IMG/VR virus record: IMGVR_UViG_3300032327_000460
Coordinates: 8,422 to 72,421 of that record
Origin: a virus
Taxonomy: Duplodnaviria > Caudoviricetes
Length of the DNA stretch: 64,000 bases
Direction: 5' to 3' (one strand)
Shown one piece after another: positions 9,501 through 19,193 of this stretch. A program made the translations under genes and the position numbers. The notes under the pieces were generated by a model that was not told where the DNA came from, did not search any database, and saw only the letters and a program-made list of their open reading frames with translations. The first letter of the stretch is position 1; the number at the start of each line of letters is the position of its first letter.

Positions 9501-10359
9501 TAGCAACAAATCCCGAAACGTTAGCACCTGCTACTGCATTTGCAGTTGTTGCAAATGTCGCTAATCCAACTGTGCCACTTATATTAGCACCTTGAATGTT
9601 TGACAATCCGTTACCATTACCGGCTAAGAACGGCGAACTAAAAATACCCGTAGTTTTGTTAAATGTGAAACCCAAATTACCAGCAAATGTACCTGAATTA
9701 TTAAATTGTATTTGTGTATTGCTGCCACCCGGAGTACCACCACCACCGCCGCCTGTTTGTGCAGTCCAATTTAAATTGCCAGCACCATCTGTCTGTAATA
9801 CGTATCCACTTTCGCCACCTGTTATTTTTACATTACTCACATCACCTAAGTTAGCAGACGTAGACACGTTCAACCTTGTTAATGACGAAAGACCAGTAGC
9901 AGTCATTCCATCAGTAAAAATATTGTTGTCTACATATATATTTCCGGCAGATACTGCACCTGTATATGTAGGTAGATAATTAGCAACATCATTGTTACTA
10001 TATTCGTTACCTGCATAATTATTAACTTTATAACTATTAACTGTCTGATTAACTGCACTAACAGAAACTGCCTTAGGGCTAGTATATACAGTTACTACAT
10101 CTGCTGGATCATTGCTAGATGATGATGTAACAGTAACAGAATTACCTGACGTTGCTTGAGTGGCTTGATTGTAGGTTACTGTATCTTTACTGACACTAGG
10201 TACGATTCCTCTAGAAATTGAACCACCTGTAGATGTTTCTGCCCCAGTACTGGCCGAGATAGTAGCAGGTGAAGTTCTTGCAATTGAAGGTGATTGTTTT
10301 TCTAATGATTTTAATATTGCTGGATCGGATCCGCCGATCATTGGTGGGGTTGTTGCCAT
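6529..10359 (-). CDS. large Gly/Thr/Ser-rich fibre-like structural protein
   Basis: 1276 aa; ATTANAVAGANVSG repeats, repeated W-x-F modules; CTAAATA late box at 10380-10386. Confidence 0.6.
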   Translation of the reverse strand: MATTPPMIGGSDPAILKSLEKQSPSIARTSPATISASTGAETSTGGSISRGIVPSVSKDTVTYNQATQATSGNSVTVTSSSSNDPADVVTVYTSPKAVSVSAVNQTVNSYKVNNYAGNEYSNNDVANYLPTYTGAVSAGNIYVDNNIFTDGMTATGLSSLTRLNVSTSANLGDVSNVKITGGESGYVLQTDGAGNLNWTAQTGGGGGGTPGGSNTQIQFNNSGTFAGNLGFTFNKTTGIFSSPFLAGNGNGLSNIQGANISGTVGLATFATTANAVAGANVSGFVANANIANTALSVAGANVSGAVSYATTANSVAAANVSGLGNIATISLTGSTSNVLYGNGVFAPVTGGGSTGDVTFDNQIVIGTGDSGGGGGLYLAPGDTELANLQYFRVRGGDVATHIHFDTGNNLYYDQYFGDDSKYVKLEGTGNIIVNPQQDGGPSAQWNFSYDGTTTLPNYTLLNPINEDLVLITQDQDNDGWGLYQVVTDGAGNTLSQTRLLRDRFTIETDYQGNGYQWSFDDSGRLNLPGNIQGIYGGNTSFYAYDDGDSGSVELKTISYINDTLGSNIRVTQSNATISTGNAAHTWTFDNTGNLQTPGDIVGPASANLTIFANAGVHEFIFGDDGTFYAPDNVVLGGSRISIGPGADNLADLTNAVFIASTTGEAYIQGVIENVSDNGSADWVALGHRGDDNGGWADLGFTSSGFNDTDYTITGPGDGYVFVETYSPGTIITGDTGGNLVLSTGSQGTVNDIIFGTGGFLTSNIFGRISDANNSFELSRAGATITLPSGGIISETGIPFGGLDGNTIALKPSGGINADQQLLVYPTAGEDFNHLHLTSGNLYNTELYLGNDELYVKLANTGNIVINTNDDAGNTAQWNFGYDGVLTFPRDGASSDPILRMYGGENPGIASIDASEAGPANLEITALNTVFGGYTSNTVTIHPDDGTISTSTDLVLSVPNGVPGAVTAITGSSGGWESNPSSDLATTGGSGTGLRVNVGNDGGYANNIDIATPGTGYTEGDTITVTSGSSNATFTISIVKNEWTFGTDGNVSVPGNTTIFTPIATGGAGGNNITIRAGSSDSFASNPGGNLDLIGGYGSFGDGGGPPGGDVNITSGASSDSHAGNVNITTTDSPWVFDYTGNLTLPTISLGESTDEQTVIRSQRKIIPSFRWSAEITGSTPNVVYTASSSNITSMKVTMQIQHSGLGMELFDIYATLAGPDTFYTVSNRVAPPTIDNSFILVSLNGSNEMQITVTIYSGAPTSWVTYDSTEFGIPQD

Positions 10360-10421
10360 ATAGGTCCTTATTATATTAGTATTTAGTCTAATTATTGATA
10401 AAAAGACCCCTATATGTGCTA

Positions 10422-11252
10422 TTATGGATTGCTAACTTCTTTTATTATCCAAAAATCATTACTCATTGAAGTGTCCTGTATTACACTAAATGGCATATAA
10501 AAATAGCCCTTATCTCCCCATCCCGTTCCCCAGCTGTTTCTAACAATATAATGTTGCATTACTGCATCGTATCCTACTATTAAAACAGCATGACCACCTA
10601 ATAATCTTTCTTGTCTTTTATTGGGATATGTCATTATGCCGGTTCTGTTTATTCTATAGAAGCTAGGATAAACATCAAAGCCAATAATAATTGGATATCC
10701 GTTGTTTAATGCATCTATGCATCCATCATGGTTAACTACTCGTTCATATCTAGTTACTTTGCGATTAAGAGCATCATTTATTGCCTCAGTTAATGGTCTT
10801 TGTTTAAATTTGGATACTATATAAGGCCAAAGTCTTTCAAGTGACGCACCATATCTAGACACAGATTTTATACCATCACGAATATAAGCACCACTGTCAT
10901 AACTTACTGTACCTAACAGTAGACGCTCAAAATAATAGATAAACAATCTACTAATATCACTGTATTTACCATTGCGTTTGTTCAATAGTTCAATAGCACC
11001 TGCAATCGCTTGTCCAGTACAACTGCCTAAACTACCTTGATTTTCAATAGGGGAGCAAAAGTTTCGTAAATCTACTCTATTAGATACCCTAGTACCATTT
11101 GCTAGATATAAGTAATCTCGATTATCTTTCTTATCACGAATCCATTGGAGATTGTATAGTTTTTGTGTTGTTGGTTTAACAACTGTTCCGGTAGGTTTAT
11201 TAAAGGTATGATCCTCGTTAGTGTTTACTATGGTACGAGGATCTTGTTTCAT
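10422..11252 (-). CDS. papain-family (C1A) cysteine peptidase
   Basis: NQGSLGSCTGQA (Gln/Cys), GGHAVLIVGY (His), VRNSWG (Asn). Confidence 0.9.
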   Translation of the reverse strand: MKQDPRTIVNTNEDHTFNKPTGTVVKPTTQKLYNLQWIRDKKDNRDYLYLANGTRVSNRVDLRNFCSPIENQGSLGSCTGQAIAGAIELLNKRNGKYSDISRLFIYYFERLLLGTVSYDSGAYIRDGIKSVSRYGASLERLWPYIVSKFKQRPLTEAINDALNRKVTRYERVVNHDGCIDALNNGYPIIIGFDVYPSFYRINRTGIMTYPNKRQERLLGGHAVLIVGYDAVMQHYIVRNSWGTGWGDKGYFYMPFSVIQDTSMSNDFWIIKEVSNP

Positions 11253-11332
11253 TTAGGTAACTTGTCACGCATCTTTTGCCAAAAATCTGAATCACCTGGT
11301 TTTGGTTCTTGTTGCAAATTCATAATATTTCC

Positions 11333-11758
11333 TTAAACGCTAAATGTGAATGGATAGTTGTACGTTGCGGCACCCGTTTGCCCTTGTACAAAGAACACCA
11401 AACTACCTCCTGAATTATTAATTACATTAATAGTACTTGATGGTACTGTACTGCCTGGCCCCCAAGTACAAGTATGTGTACCGGTAGTAAAATTGGCTGC
11501 AAACCATGTTTGATTACTTGCTGACAATGCAGTGATAGCAATACCAGTTTTAGTATCATCATTGATTGTAAATCCGATCGGGCTATTGATAGTAGCAGTA
11601 GGATCTTCTAAAGTGCCACCTGGAGTTACCGGAGGCGGCATCTCACTGTAACCGGTTACATTGTCTACTCCTGCAGTTCCACCACCGCCACCACCAGCAC
11701 CGATACTAATACCGGGCCCTATACTTATTCCACCTTCTATTACTATTGACATTGCCAT
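11333..11758 (-). CDS. putative virion accessory protein
   Basis: Shares N-terminal IVIxGGISIGxGISIG with 11771..12511. Confidence 0.5.
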   Translation of the reverse strand: MAMSIVIEGGISIGPGISIGAGGGGGGTAGVDNVTGYSEMPPPVTPGGTLEDPTATINSPIGFTINDDTKTGIAITALSASNQTWFAANFTTGTHTCTWGPGSTVPSSTINVINNSGGSLVFFVQGQTGAATYNYPFTFSV

Positions 11759-11770
11759 AATTTTTTTCCT

Positions 11771-12511
11771 TTATATTCCGTATCTTGTTCTTACAACATT
11801 AAAATTTGTTGTTAATTCAGATTGACTTAACGCACGATCATAAATCAATACTTGTCCAATATTACCGTTCAACCAATTTGTCCAACCACTGTAATCGTTA
11901 CCAATCAAAATATCTGTGGTATTGCCTAGTGTTGGGCCGATTGTGTCGCTGCCTTGCAATACACCGTTATACCAAATTTTGCGTGTGGTGCCGTCCCACT
12001 GTGATACAAAGTTAGCCCAGTTAGTACCGGGTGCACTCGGAGTCCATGATGAGGTTAATAACGGAGTTCCAAACCAATTGACGTATAGATATCCAGTCTG
12101 ATCTAATCCAAAATCATTGATTTGATCGTAAGTAGCAGTGGCTCCTATAGTCACCATGGCAGGACTATATCCACGTCCTGTCCAGCCGCTTGGGAATTGA
12201 ACCCATGTGCTGACTGTATAAGGAGTGCTGCCATTTGGTATGCCTGTTGTAGCACTGGAATTACTGAACCATCCTTGAGCACCGGTACTAAAGTATCCAC
12301 CACCAGATACAGTATATGAAATATCACCTGAGTTTTGCATAGCAACATCGTTGCCATTGCCGCTTAGGTCATACCAAGTTGTACCTGATCCAGAGTAACT
12401 ATCAGCATTGTTTGCGTCTAAGTATAACTGTAATCCGTACAATGTAATTGGTGTAGATCCTATACTAATACCAGAGCCTATACTGATTCCGCCGTCTATT
12501 ACTATTGCCAT
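11771..12511 (-). CDS. concanavalin A/LamG-like lectin-domain protein
   Basis: LYLDANNADSYSGSGTTWYDLSGNGN...NGNIGQVLIYDRALSQSELTTNF; late box 12528-12534. Confidence 0.75.
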   Translation of the reverse strand: MAIVIDGGISIGSGISIGSTPITLYGLQLYLDANNADSYSGSGTTWYDLSGNGNDVAMQNSGDISYTVSGGGYFSTGAQGWFSNSSATTGIPNGSTPYTVSTWVQFPSGWTGRGYSPAMVTIGATATYDQINDFGLDQTGYLYVNWFGTPLLTSSWTPSAPGTNWANFVSQWDGTTRKIWYNGVLQGSDTIGPTLGNTTDILIGNDYSGWTNWLNGNIGQVLIYDRALSQSELTTNFNVVRTRYGI

Positions 12512-12580
12512 TTATTATCCTTTATACTATTTAGTTAAACTGATCATATATTATAAATGCTTTCAACTAGAATGAATTAT

Positions 12581-13441
12581 TTATATATCACCAACGTTTG
12601 TGCTAGGAAATTGTCTAGTTGTCCCGGGCCATATGATTCTTACTGCACCACTACCACTTCCGGCGCCAAGACCACCACCACCACCGCCATATTTACCGCC
12701 AAGGCCGCCGGCACCCGCCCCATTACCACCACCCGAACCACCGCCACCACCACCTCCGTTTAAGGAACTTGAAGCTGGTTGTGCCCCTCCTAAACCACTT
12801 GCACCTTGACCGTAAATTCCTACACCTCCACCAGACCCGGGACTACCTCCACCAGCACCTCCGCCGCCCCCGCCTCCGCCTGCTGGGGCGTTACCGTTAC
12901 CGCTGCCGCCGGTAGTGAATGTTCCACTATAAGCATATGCACCTCTACCGCCACTATATGTTACTACACTACCTGCAGTTCCTCCTCCGGTACCACCCTC
13001 TCCACCTATTGAGGTTGACGATCCTGATCCGGCATACCTACCAGTTCCGCCGTTTCCACTATAACCAGCTGCACCGGCACCGCCACCACGGTATCCACCA
13101 AATCCTCCTTGTGAATTTTGACCTGACCCTGCATACAAATAAGTACTTGTATTAAAGTATGATGGGGTACCATAATTAGCTTCACCAGAAACAGCCGCAC
13201 CTACTTGTACAGTATATGTTTCACCCGGAATAACTGTTAAATTATTTAGGTAGGTTAATGATCCGCCACCGCCACCTGCAGCCCTAACTCCAATACCGCC
13301 TGCCCCCACAAGTAATATTGATATAGATGTGACACCACTGGGTACTATCCAAGAATATGTTCCCGGAGTCGTAAACTCTACCTGATTTGTCACCGGTAAA
13401 TTTCTTATTCCTAAACTAGAACCTATCTGTGATACAAGCAT
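12581..13441 (-). CDS. glycine-rich putative virion protein
   Basis: FTTPGTYSWIVPSGVTSISILLVGAGG...GSGAVRIIWPG. Confidence 0.65.
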   Translation of the reverse strand: MLVSQIGSSLGIRNLPVTNQVEFTTPGTYSWIVPSGVTSISILLVGAGGIGVRAAGGGGGSLTYLNNLTVIPGETYTVQVGAAVSGEANYGTPSYFNTSTYLYAGSGQNSQGGFGGYRGGGAGAAGYSGNGGTGRYAGSGSSTSIGGEGGTGGGTAGSVVTYSGGRGAYAYSGTFTTGGSGNGNAPAGGGGGGGGAGGGSPGSGGGVGIYGQGASGLGGAQPASSSLNGGGGGGGSGGGNGAGAGGLGGKYGGGGGGLGAGSGSGAVRIIWPGTTRQFPSTNVGDI

Positions 13442-13454
13442 TTATATTCTCTTA

Positions 13455-16400
13455 TTAATAGTACGTTGCAAGTTGTCCTATTACAGTGTATGTACCACTA
13501 TTATTAAAAATAGTAAATACCATAACTGATACAGTACTCGCACTTGCAGCTGGTGTAGCTCCTCCATACCATCGTATAGTCTGTGCAACGCCCGCTATTT
13601 GTATAGCATTACATATATAAGGAGTAGCTCCTTGTGCAATTACCAAAGTTAATATGCTTGCGCGGCTCGATGTAGCATTTAAATTAGTGATGTTTGCTGT
13701 AAAGTTTGCAACCACACCTGTGTGATAGAAGGTTCCTCCCAAAGAGTAATTATGTACCACTACACCTGTAGCTCCAGTTATTGTTTGAAATACTTCTTGA
13801 GATTGTTGTACAACAGTTGTTCCGGCAACTGTTACTCCCGTCAATGACCCAACACTTGTAATATTTGGTTGAGCCGCAGTTGTCACCGTGCCTGCAGTAG
13901 TTGCAGTACCTGCAGTTGCTACGGATAAGTTAGCAACTTGCGTAGTTGATGTTACTGTAAACGGTGCAGTACCAGTAGCAATACTTGATACAATAATACC
14001 TGCTGTTCCTAAGTTACCTACGTTGGCATTACCGGTAACAGATAGAACACCACCTGTAGTTAAGTTACCACCAGTAATATTACCAGTTGCAATAATTAAT
14101 CCACTTGTACCTATGTTACCAACGTTAGCATTACCAGTAGCACTTAATATTCCGCCGGTAGTTAAATTGCCACCTGTGATATTACCGGTCGCAATAATTA
14201 ATCCACTTGTACCTAAGTTACCTACGTTAGCATTACCTGTTGCACTTAGTGTTGTGGCGAAGACACCTGTAGTATTAACGTTACCTGCACCAATGTTACC
14301 AGTTGCTGTGATAAGACCACTTGTACCTAAGTTACCTACGTTGGCATTACCGGTAACAGATAGAACACCACCTGTAGTTAAGTTACCACCAGTAATATTA
14401 CCAGTAGCAGTAATTAATCCACTTGTTCCTAAGTTACCTACGTTGGCATTACCTGATACACTTAGACTTGCTAATGTACCTGTACTTGTAATATTTGGTT
14501 GTGCGGCTGTATAAACAGTACCTGCTACTAATGCATTACCTACTTGACCTGATACATTAGCACCAGCCACTGCATTTGCAGTTGTTGCAAATGACACTGC
14601 ACCTGATACATTAGCACCGGCCACTGCATTTGCAGTTGTTGCAAATGACACTGCACCTGATACATTAGCACCAGCCACTGCATTTGCAGTTGTTGCATAT
14701 GTAACCGCTCCGGACACATTAGCACCGGCCACTGCATTTGCAGTTGTTGCAAATGACACTGCACCTGACACATTAGCGCCTTGAATATTACTTAATAAAT
14801 TACCCGACCCACTGAAATAATTACTAGTTGTTAGGTTACCTAAATTAGCATTAGCCGCAGTAACATTGCCAGATATACTTAGTGATGTTAATGTACCTGT
14901 AGCGGTTATGTTAGGTTGAGACCCGGTAGTTAGCGATCCGGCAACAGTAGTAAATACACCTGAGGCTGCACCTATATTACCAACATTTGCGTTTCCTGTA
15001 GCACTGATAACACCACCTGTTACTAAGTTACCACCAGTAACATTACCAGTTGCAATAATTAATCCACTTGTTCCTAAGTTACCTACGTTGGCATTACCAG
15101 TGATACTTAATATTCCGCCGGTAGTTAAATTGCCACCAGTAATATTACCAGTAGCAGTAATTAATCCACTTGTACCTATGTTACCTACGTTAGCATTACC
15201 AGTAACAGATAAAATACCACTCGTACCTATGTTACCTACGTTGGCATTACCAGATACACTTAAACTTGTTAATGTACCAACTGAAGTAATGCTGGGTTGT
15301 GCCACATTAACACTGAATACACTACCTGATAATGTTAAACCTGCACCAGCAGTATATGTACCAGCACCTGAAAATTGTACCCAATTAACAGAACTTGTAC
15401 CAACTGTGGTTACTACATCAGTCATTACCCAACCGGTGTTGTCATATTGTGTACCAGCAGTAACGAATGTAAAGTCGCCGCCTGCCATTTCTACTGGGGT
15501 ATCAAAATCAGTCGAACGAGTTAATACTGTGCTGCTTGTACGATCATATATACCATTATGTGCTGTATTTGCTTCGTTCTTGACAATAATACGCATTCCA
15601 TTTGATAATGTAACACCGTCAATAGTTATATATGATCCTGTTGTTGTTAATGTTGCACCAACACCACTAGCACCGTTATTATATGTAACAGTACCACCCG
15701 AAATTGATGCTAATGTGCCTGTTGTAGCGGCGTTACAACTGTCATGTGTATGTAGACCTTGTGCAACATCATCAACATATTGTTTTGTTGCCGCATCAGT
15801 TGAATTTACCGGAGTAGCAAGACTTGTTATGTTCTTGGTATTCATGTTCAAGTTACCAGCAATAGAACTTACGCCTGTACCAGTAATACTTAATACACCT
15901 GTAACACCTAAGTTACCTACATCCGCATTACCCGTTACGGATAGTACTCCGGTTGTAACTAGATTACCACCTCTGATATTACCACTTGCTGTAATTAATC
16001 CACCGGTGCCCAAATTACCACCATTAATGTTACCACTAGAAATAATCACTCCACTAGTACCTAAATTACCAACGTTAGTATTACCTGTTGCACTTAGTGT
16101 TGTGGCGAATACACCGGTAACACCTAAATTACCAACGTTGGCATTACCAGTAGCACTTAATGTTGTAGCAAATACACCTGTAGTATTAATGTTGCCTGCA
16201 CCAATGTTACCAGTAACAGATAGAACACCACTTGTACCTAAATTACCTACATTGGCATTACCGGTGGCACTTAGTGTTGTGGAAAATACACCGGTGACAC
16301 CTATGTTACCAACGTTAGCATTACCAGTAACAGATAGAACACCACCTGTTACTAAGTTGCTACCGGTAATGTTACCAGTTGCGGTAATTAATCCACTTGT

Positions 16401-16817
16401 ACCTAAATTACCAACGTTAGCATTACCTGTCACTGACAAACTAGTTAATGTGCCAGTACTGGTGATGTTAGGTTGAGCGGCTGTTGTTACCGTACCTGCT
16501 GTAGTAGCACTTGTTGCCTCACCTGATAATGAACCTGTAAATGTTGTTGCAATTACATTACCTGCATTGATATTACCGCTAGTGCTTAGTGTGCCGTTGA
16601 TATTAGCACCTGTACCAGTAACTACCAAAATATTAGCATTACCGGCTACACTTGTAGTTACATTTCCATTTGCTAGTACAGTAACATTACTGTTGCCATT
16701 GTTAATAATAGATATATCAGTTAATTGACTACCATTACCTATGAAGTAGTTAGCATTGACATTGCCTGCAGCGGCAAACCCACCTTCTGATGTTATTGGT
16801 AGTAAAGTTGTTGCCAT
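13455..16817 (-). CDS. long repetitive tail-fibre/adhesin-like protein
   Basis: 1120 aa; many TGNANVGNLGT and TAAQPNITS repeats; DAATKQYVD fibre motif. Confidence 0.7.
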   Translation of the reverse strand: MATTLLPITSEGGFAAAGNVNANYFIGNGSQLTDISIINNGNSNVTVLANGNVTTSVAGNANILVVTGTGANINGTLSTSGNINAGNVIATTFTGSLSGEATSATTAGTVTTAAQPNITSTGTLTSLSVTGNANVGNLGTSGLITATGNITGSNLVTGGVLSVTGNANVGNIGVTGVFSTTLSATGNANVGNLGTSGVLSVTGNIGAGNINTTGVFATTLSATGNANVGNLGVTGVFATTLSATGNTNVGNLGTSGVIISSGNINGGNLGTGGLITASGNIRGGNLVTTGVLSVTGNADVGNLGVTGVLSITGTGVSSIAGNLNMNTKNITSLATPVNSTDAATKQYVDDVAQGLHTHDSCNAATTGTLASISGGTVTYNNGASGVGATLTTTGSYITIDGVTLSNGMRIIVKNEANTAHNGIYDRTSSTVLTRSTDFDTPVEMAGGDFTFVTAGTQYDNTGWVMTDVVTTVGTSSVNWVQFSGAGTYTAGAGLTLSGSVFSVNVAQPSITSVGTLTSLSVSGNANVGNIGTSGILSVTGNANVGNIGTSGLITATGNITGGNLTTGGILSITGNANVGNLGTSGLIIATGNVTGGNLVTGGVISATGNANVGNIGAASGVFTTVAGSLTTGSQPNITATGTLTSLSISGNVTAANANLGNLTTSNYFSGSGNLLSNIQGANVSGAVSFATTANAVAGANVSGAVTYATTANAVAGANVSGAVSFATTANAVAGANVSGAVSFATTANAVAGANVSGQVGNALVAGTVYTAAQPNITSTGTLASLSVSGNANVGNLGTSGLITATGNITGGNLTTGGVLSVTGNANVGNLGTSGLITATGNIGAGNVNTTGVFATTLSATGNANVGNLGTSGLIIATGNITGGNLTTGGILSATGNANVGNIGTSGLIIATGNITGGNLTTGGVLSVTGNANVGNLGTAGIIVSSIATGTAPFTVTSTTQVANLSVATAGTATTAGTVTTAAQPNITSVGSLTGVTVAGTTVVQQSQEVFQTITGATGVVVHNYSLGGTFYHTGVVANFTANITNLNATSSRASILTLVIAQGATPYICNAIQIAGVAQTIRWYGGATPAASASTVSVMVFTIFNNSGTYTVIGQLATYY
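14548..14780. repeat. 54-nt coding tandem repeat (about 4.3 units)
   Basis: Unit cctgatacattagcacc(a/g)gccactgcatttgcagttgttgcaaatgacactgca encoding AVSFATTANAVAGANVSG. Confidence 0.9.
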
Positions 16818-16829
16818 TTTTTATTCTTT

Positions 16830-17585
16830 TTAATTATATGTGCGCCAAGTTGTTCCATTAAAGAATAGACCAAAATTTTGATTATTAGTACTTACTGTCA
16901 TACTTCCTGACGAACCCATTATAGTTTGACCATTTGGATTAATAGTCAGATTATTTGATGCAAACGCACCGCCGGCATCAGCAAAGAATATTGCACCACC
17001 TGTTGATGGACTTGCTGGTAAGGTTGCTGTTATTGCACCGCTAGTTGTATTGACACCATATCTACCGCCAACATTGGCATTAAAGTTTGCACTTTCAATT
17101 GAGAAAGATGCCTCTGTTTGGGCAGTCCAACTTAAATTTCCAGCACCATCAGTACTCAATACATAATTAGCGGTGCCACCTGTAATTTTAACATTGCCGA
17201 CACTACCTAAGTTAGCGGTTGTTCCAACATTTAATGTTGTGATAGATGCAAGTCCCGTAGTACTTATATTACCTAAGTATGCGGTACCAGTACTTGTTAT
17301 ATTGCCGTTAATCGTTGCGTTACCAGACACTGCTAAGGTAGTTAATGTACCAACGCTAGTTATATTAGGTTGTGCCGCGTTAGCCACTGAGTAAGCAATA
17401 TTAGCTCTGTTTGCAGTAACATAGTTTCCACCCGACTGTGACAATATTACATTAGCGAGATTTCCCAATGTAGTTTTTTGTGTGGTGGGTATACCTGCCA
17501 TGTTGACGACTGGAAGCAATGTAGTAACCGCTAAGTTAGCACTTCCTATGTCTGTTAGTTGTGTGATTTTAATTTGTGTTGCCAT
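16830..17585 (-). CDS. fibre-like structural protein
   Basis: Shares ANLGxVxNVKITGG...TDGAGNLxWTAQT module with 6529..10359. Confidence 0.55.
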   Translation of the reverse strand: MATQIKITQLTDIGSANLAVTTLLPVVNMAGIPTTQKTTLGNLANVILSQSGGNYVTANRANIAYSVANAAQPNITSVGTLTTLAVSGNATINGNITSTGTAYLGNISTTGLASITTLNVGTTANLGSVGNVKITGGTANYVLSTDGAGNLSWTAQTEASFSIESANFNANVGGRYGVNTTSGAITATLPASPSTGGAIFFADAGGAFASNNLTINPNGQTIMGSSGSMTVSTNNQNFGLFFNGTTWRTYN

Positions 17586-17603
17586 TTTTATTTTCCAAAA
17601 TTT

Positions 17604-18530
17604 TTATGCCATGGTTATTGTTAACCATGATGTACCATTGTAGCACTTTAATGTATTAGAGCCACTATCATAGTATACCATACCCCTACTAGGACTACTT
17701 GGAGCAGTGCCCGGAGTTAATCTCATAAATGTACCAATTGTCGTAGAACCCGTCACCACAACGTTTGCCGGCAATTCAACTGTAATAGTACCTGATCCTG
17801 TGATTGGACTACCGGTAACTGTCAAGGTTGAGCTTGACAAACCAACTGAGGTCACTGCGGCAACCGGTGTTGTTGATATAGTAACATTTCCGTTACCACT
17901 ACTTACTTGAATTCCTGATCCTGCGCTAACTCTAGTAACACCTGTATTAGTTACTGTAATATTACCATTACTGGTTACAGGACTGTTTGTCACAGATATA
18001 CCTACACCCGGTGTAACACCTACACTAGTTACAGTACCGACACTGTTAGCGTTTGCAATTGTAGTAACCCTACCAAATTGGTCAACCGTGACAGTAGGAT
18101 ATGTATACGTTCCGGCAAGAGTAGGACCCAATGATGTTAAATTTAATGTGATATTACCAGAACTAACAATCGGGCTATTGCTGACGGTTAGTGTACTAGA
18201 TGCAACGCCTACGCTAGTAACAGTACCGTCTCCTCCACCGTTGCCTCCGGAAGAACTAATAGTAACATTGCCATTGGAGCTAGATAATGTAATTCCAGCG
18301 CCCTCAATAAGCGACACTACACCGGTATTTGTTATGTCAACGGTGCCTGTTGTGGCATTGGCATTCGTGCTTATTCCACTATTACCAACAAAATTAACAT
18401 ACTGGCTAGCAGTATTTGCTAATATTGCAAAATTGTTTTTTGTCTTATTAAATGCTAAGTAAAGCGAATCACTGCCAGTGGATTCATTGGCTAAACCAAT
18501 ATCGATTACTTCTAGATTTCCTATGGTCAT
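17604..18530 (-). CDS. fibre/baseplate-associated structural protein
   Basis: GTVTSV repeats; N-terminal IDIGLANESTGSDSLYLAFNKTKNNF; late box 18548-18554. Confidence 0.5.
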   Translation of the reverse strand: MTIGNLEVIDIGLANESTGSDSLYLAFNKTKNNFAILANTASQYVNFVGNSGISTNANATTGTVDITNTGVVSLIEGAGITLSSSNGNVTISSSGGNGGGDGTVTSVGVASSTLTVSNSPIVSSGNITLNLTSLGPTLAGTYTYPTVTVDQFGRVTTIANANSVGTVTSVGVTPGVGISVTNSPVTSNGNITVTNTGVTRVSAGSGIQVSSGNGNVTISTTPVAAVTSVGLSSSTLTVTGSPITGSGTITVELPANVVVTGSTTIGTFMRLTPGTAPSSPSRGMVYYDSGSNTLKCYNGTSWLTITMA

Positions 18531-18579
18531 GTTTAGTCCTTATTCTGTATTTATCAGAAAAGGACTAAATGTTATACTA

Positions 18580-18912
18580 TCAGAATGGGGTAAAACTTGA
18601 TCCGCACCCGCATGTAGTTTGCGCTTGTGGGTTGTTTATTTTGAATCTTGAACCATTTAAATCATCAATATAATCAATTTCAGCATTACTTAAGTACTGC
18701 ATACTCATGCTATCAATCAAGACATTTGTAGTTCCTGATGGAATTTCCCAGTCATCTTCATTTTTTTCTTCATCAAAAGTGAATCCATATTCCATTCCGG
18801 AACAACCCCCACCTTGGACAAAAACTCTAACTCTAGTTTGATCGGATAGACCTTCGTCAGTCAACAATTCAGCCATTTTTAAGGCTGCTGATTCAGTTAT
18901 TTTTAAGTTCAT
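18580..18912 (-). CDS. erpA: A-type Fe-S carrier (ErpA/IscA/HesB family)
   Basis: [15 protein letters not shown] and TTCGCGSSF conserved Cys motifs; late box 18917-18923. Confidence 0.9.
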   Translation of the reverse strand: MNLKITESAALKMAELLTDEGLSDQTRVRVFVQGGGCSGMEYGFTFDEEKNEDDWEIPSGTTNVLIDSMSMQYLSNAEIDYIDDLNGSRFKINNPQAQTTCGCGSSFTPF

Positions 18913-18956
18913 GCACTATTTATGCATGAAGATATACAAATATGTATTTTTGATTG

Positions 18957-19172
18957 TTATCTACGCCGGGTAATACGGCCTTTACTTAAGTCATATGGAC
19001 TAAACTCAATTTCTACTGTGTCACCTAATAGAATTTTAATGTCATTTTTACGCATTCTACCAGATATATATCCATTGACAACTTGTCCACTGTGTAATGT
19101 AACTCTAAAGACGGCGTTAGGTAATACTTCTATTACCTTGCCGTCCATTTTAATACCTTCTTCTTTAGCCAT
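18957..19172 (-). CDS. infA: translation initiation factor IF-1
   Basis: [24 protein letters not shown]...[34 protein letters not shown]. Confidence 0.95.
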   Translation of the reverse strand: MAKEEGIKMDGKVIEVLPNAVFRVTLHSGQVVNGYISGRMRKNDIKILLGDTVEIEFSPYDLSKGRITRRR

Positions 19173-19193
19173 AAATGTTTCTATTATCTCCTA

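Noticed and set aside
14548-14780. Regular repeats resembling a CRISPR array
   Set aside because: Units are contiguous 54-nt in-frame coding repeats with no unique spacers; no cas genes
13888-16476. Long plus-strand ORFs 13888..14514 and 15088..16476 (Pro/Val/Leu/Thr-rich)
   Set aside because: Antisense shadows of the repetitive fibre gene; no RBS, and composition is explained by the opposite-strand codons
6038-18530. Diversity-generating retroelement acting on the fibre or lectin genes
   Set aside because: No reverse transcriptase and no template/variable repeat pair differing at adenines was seen
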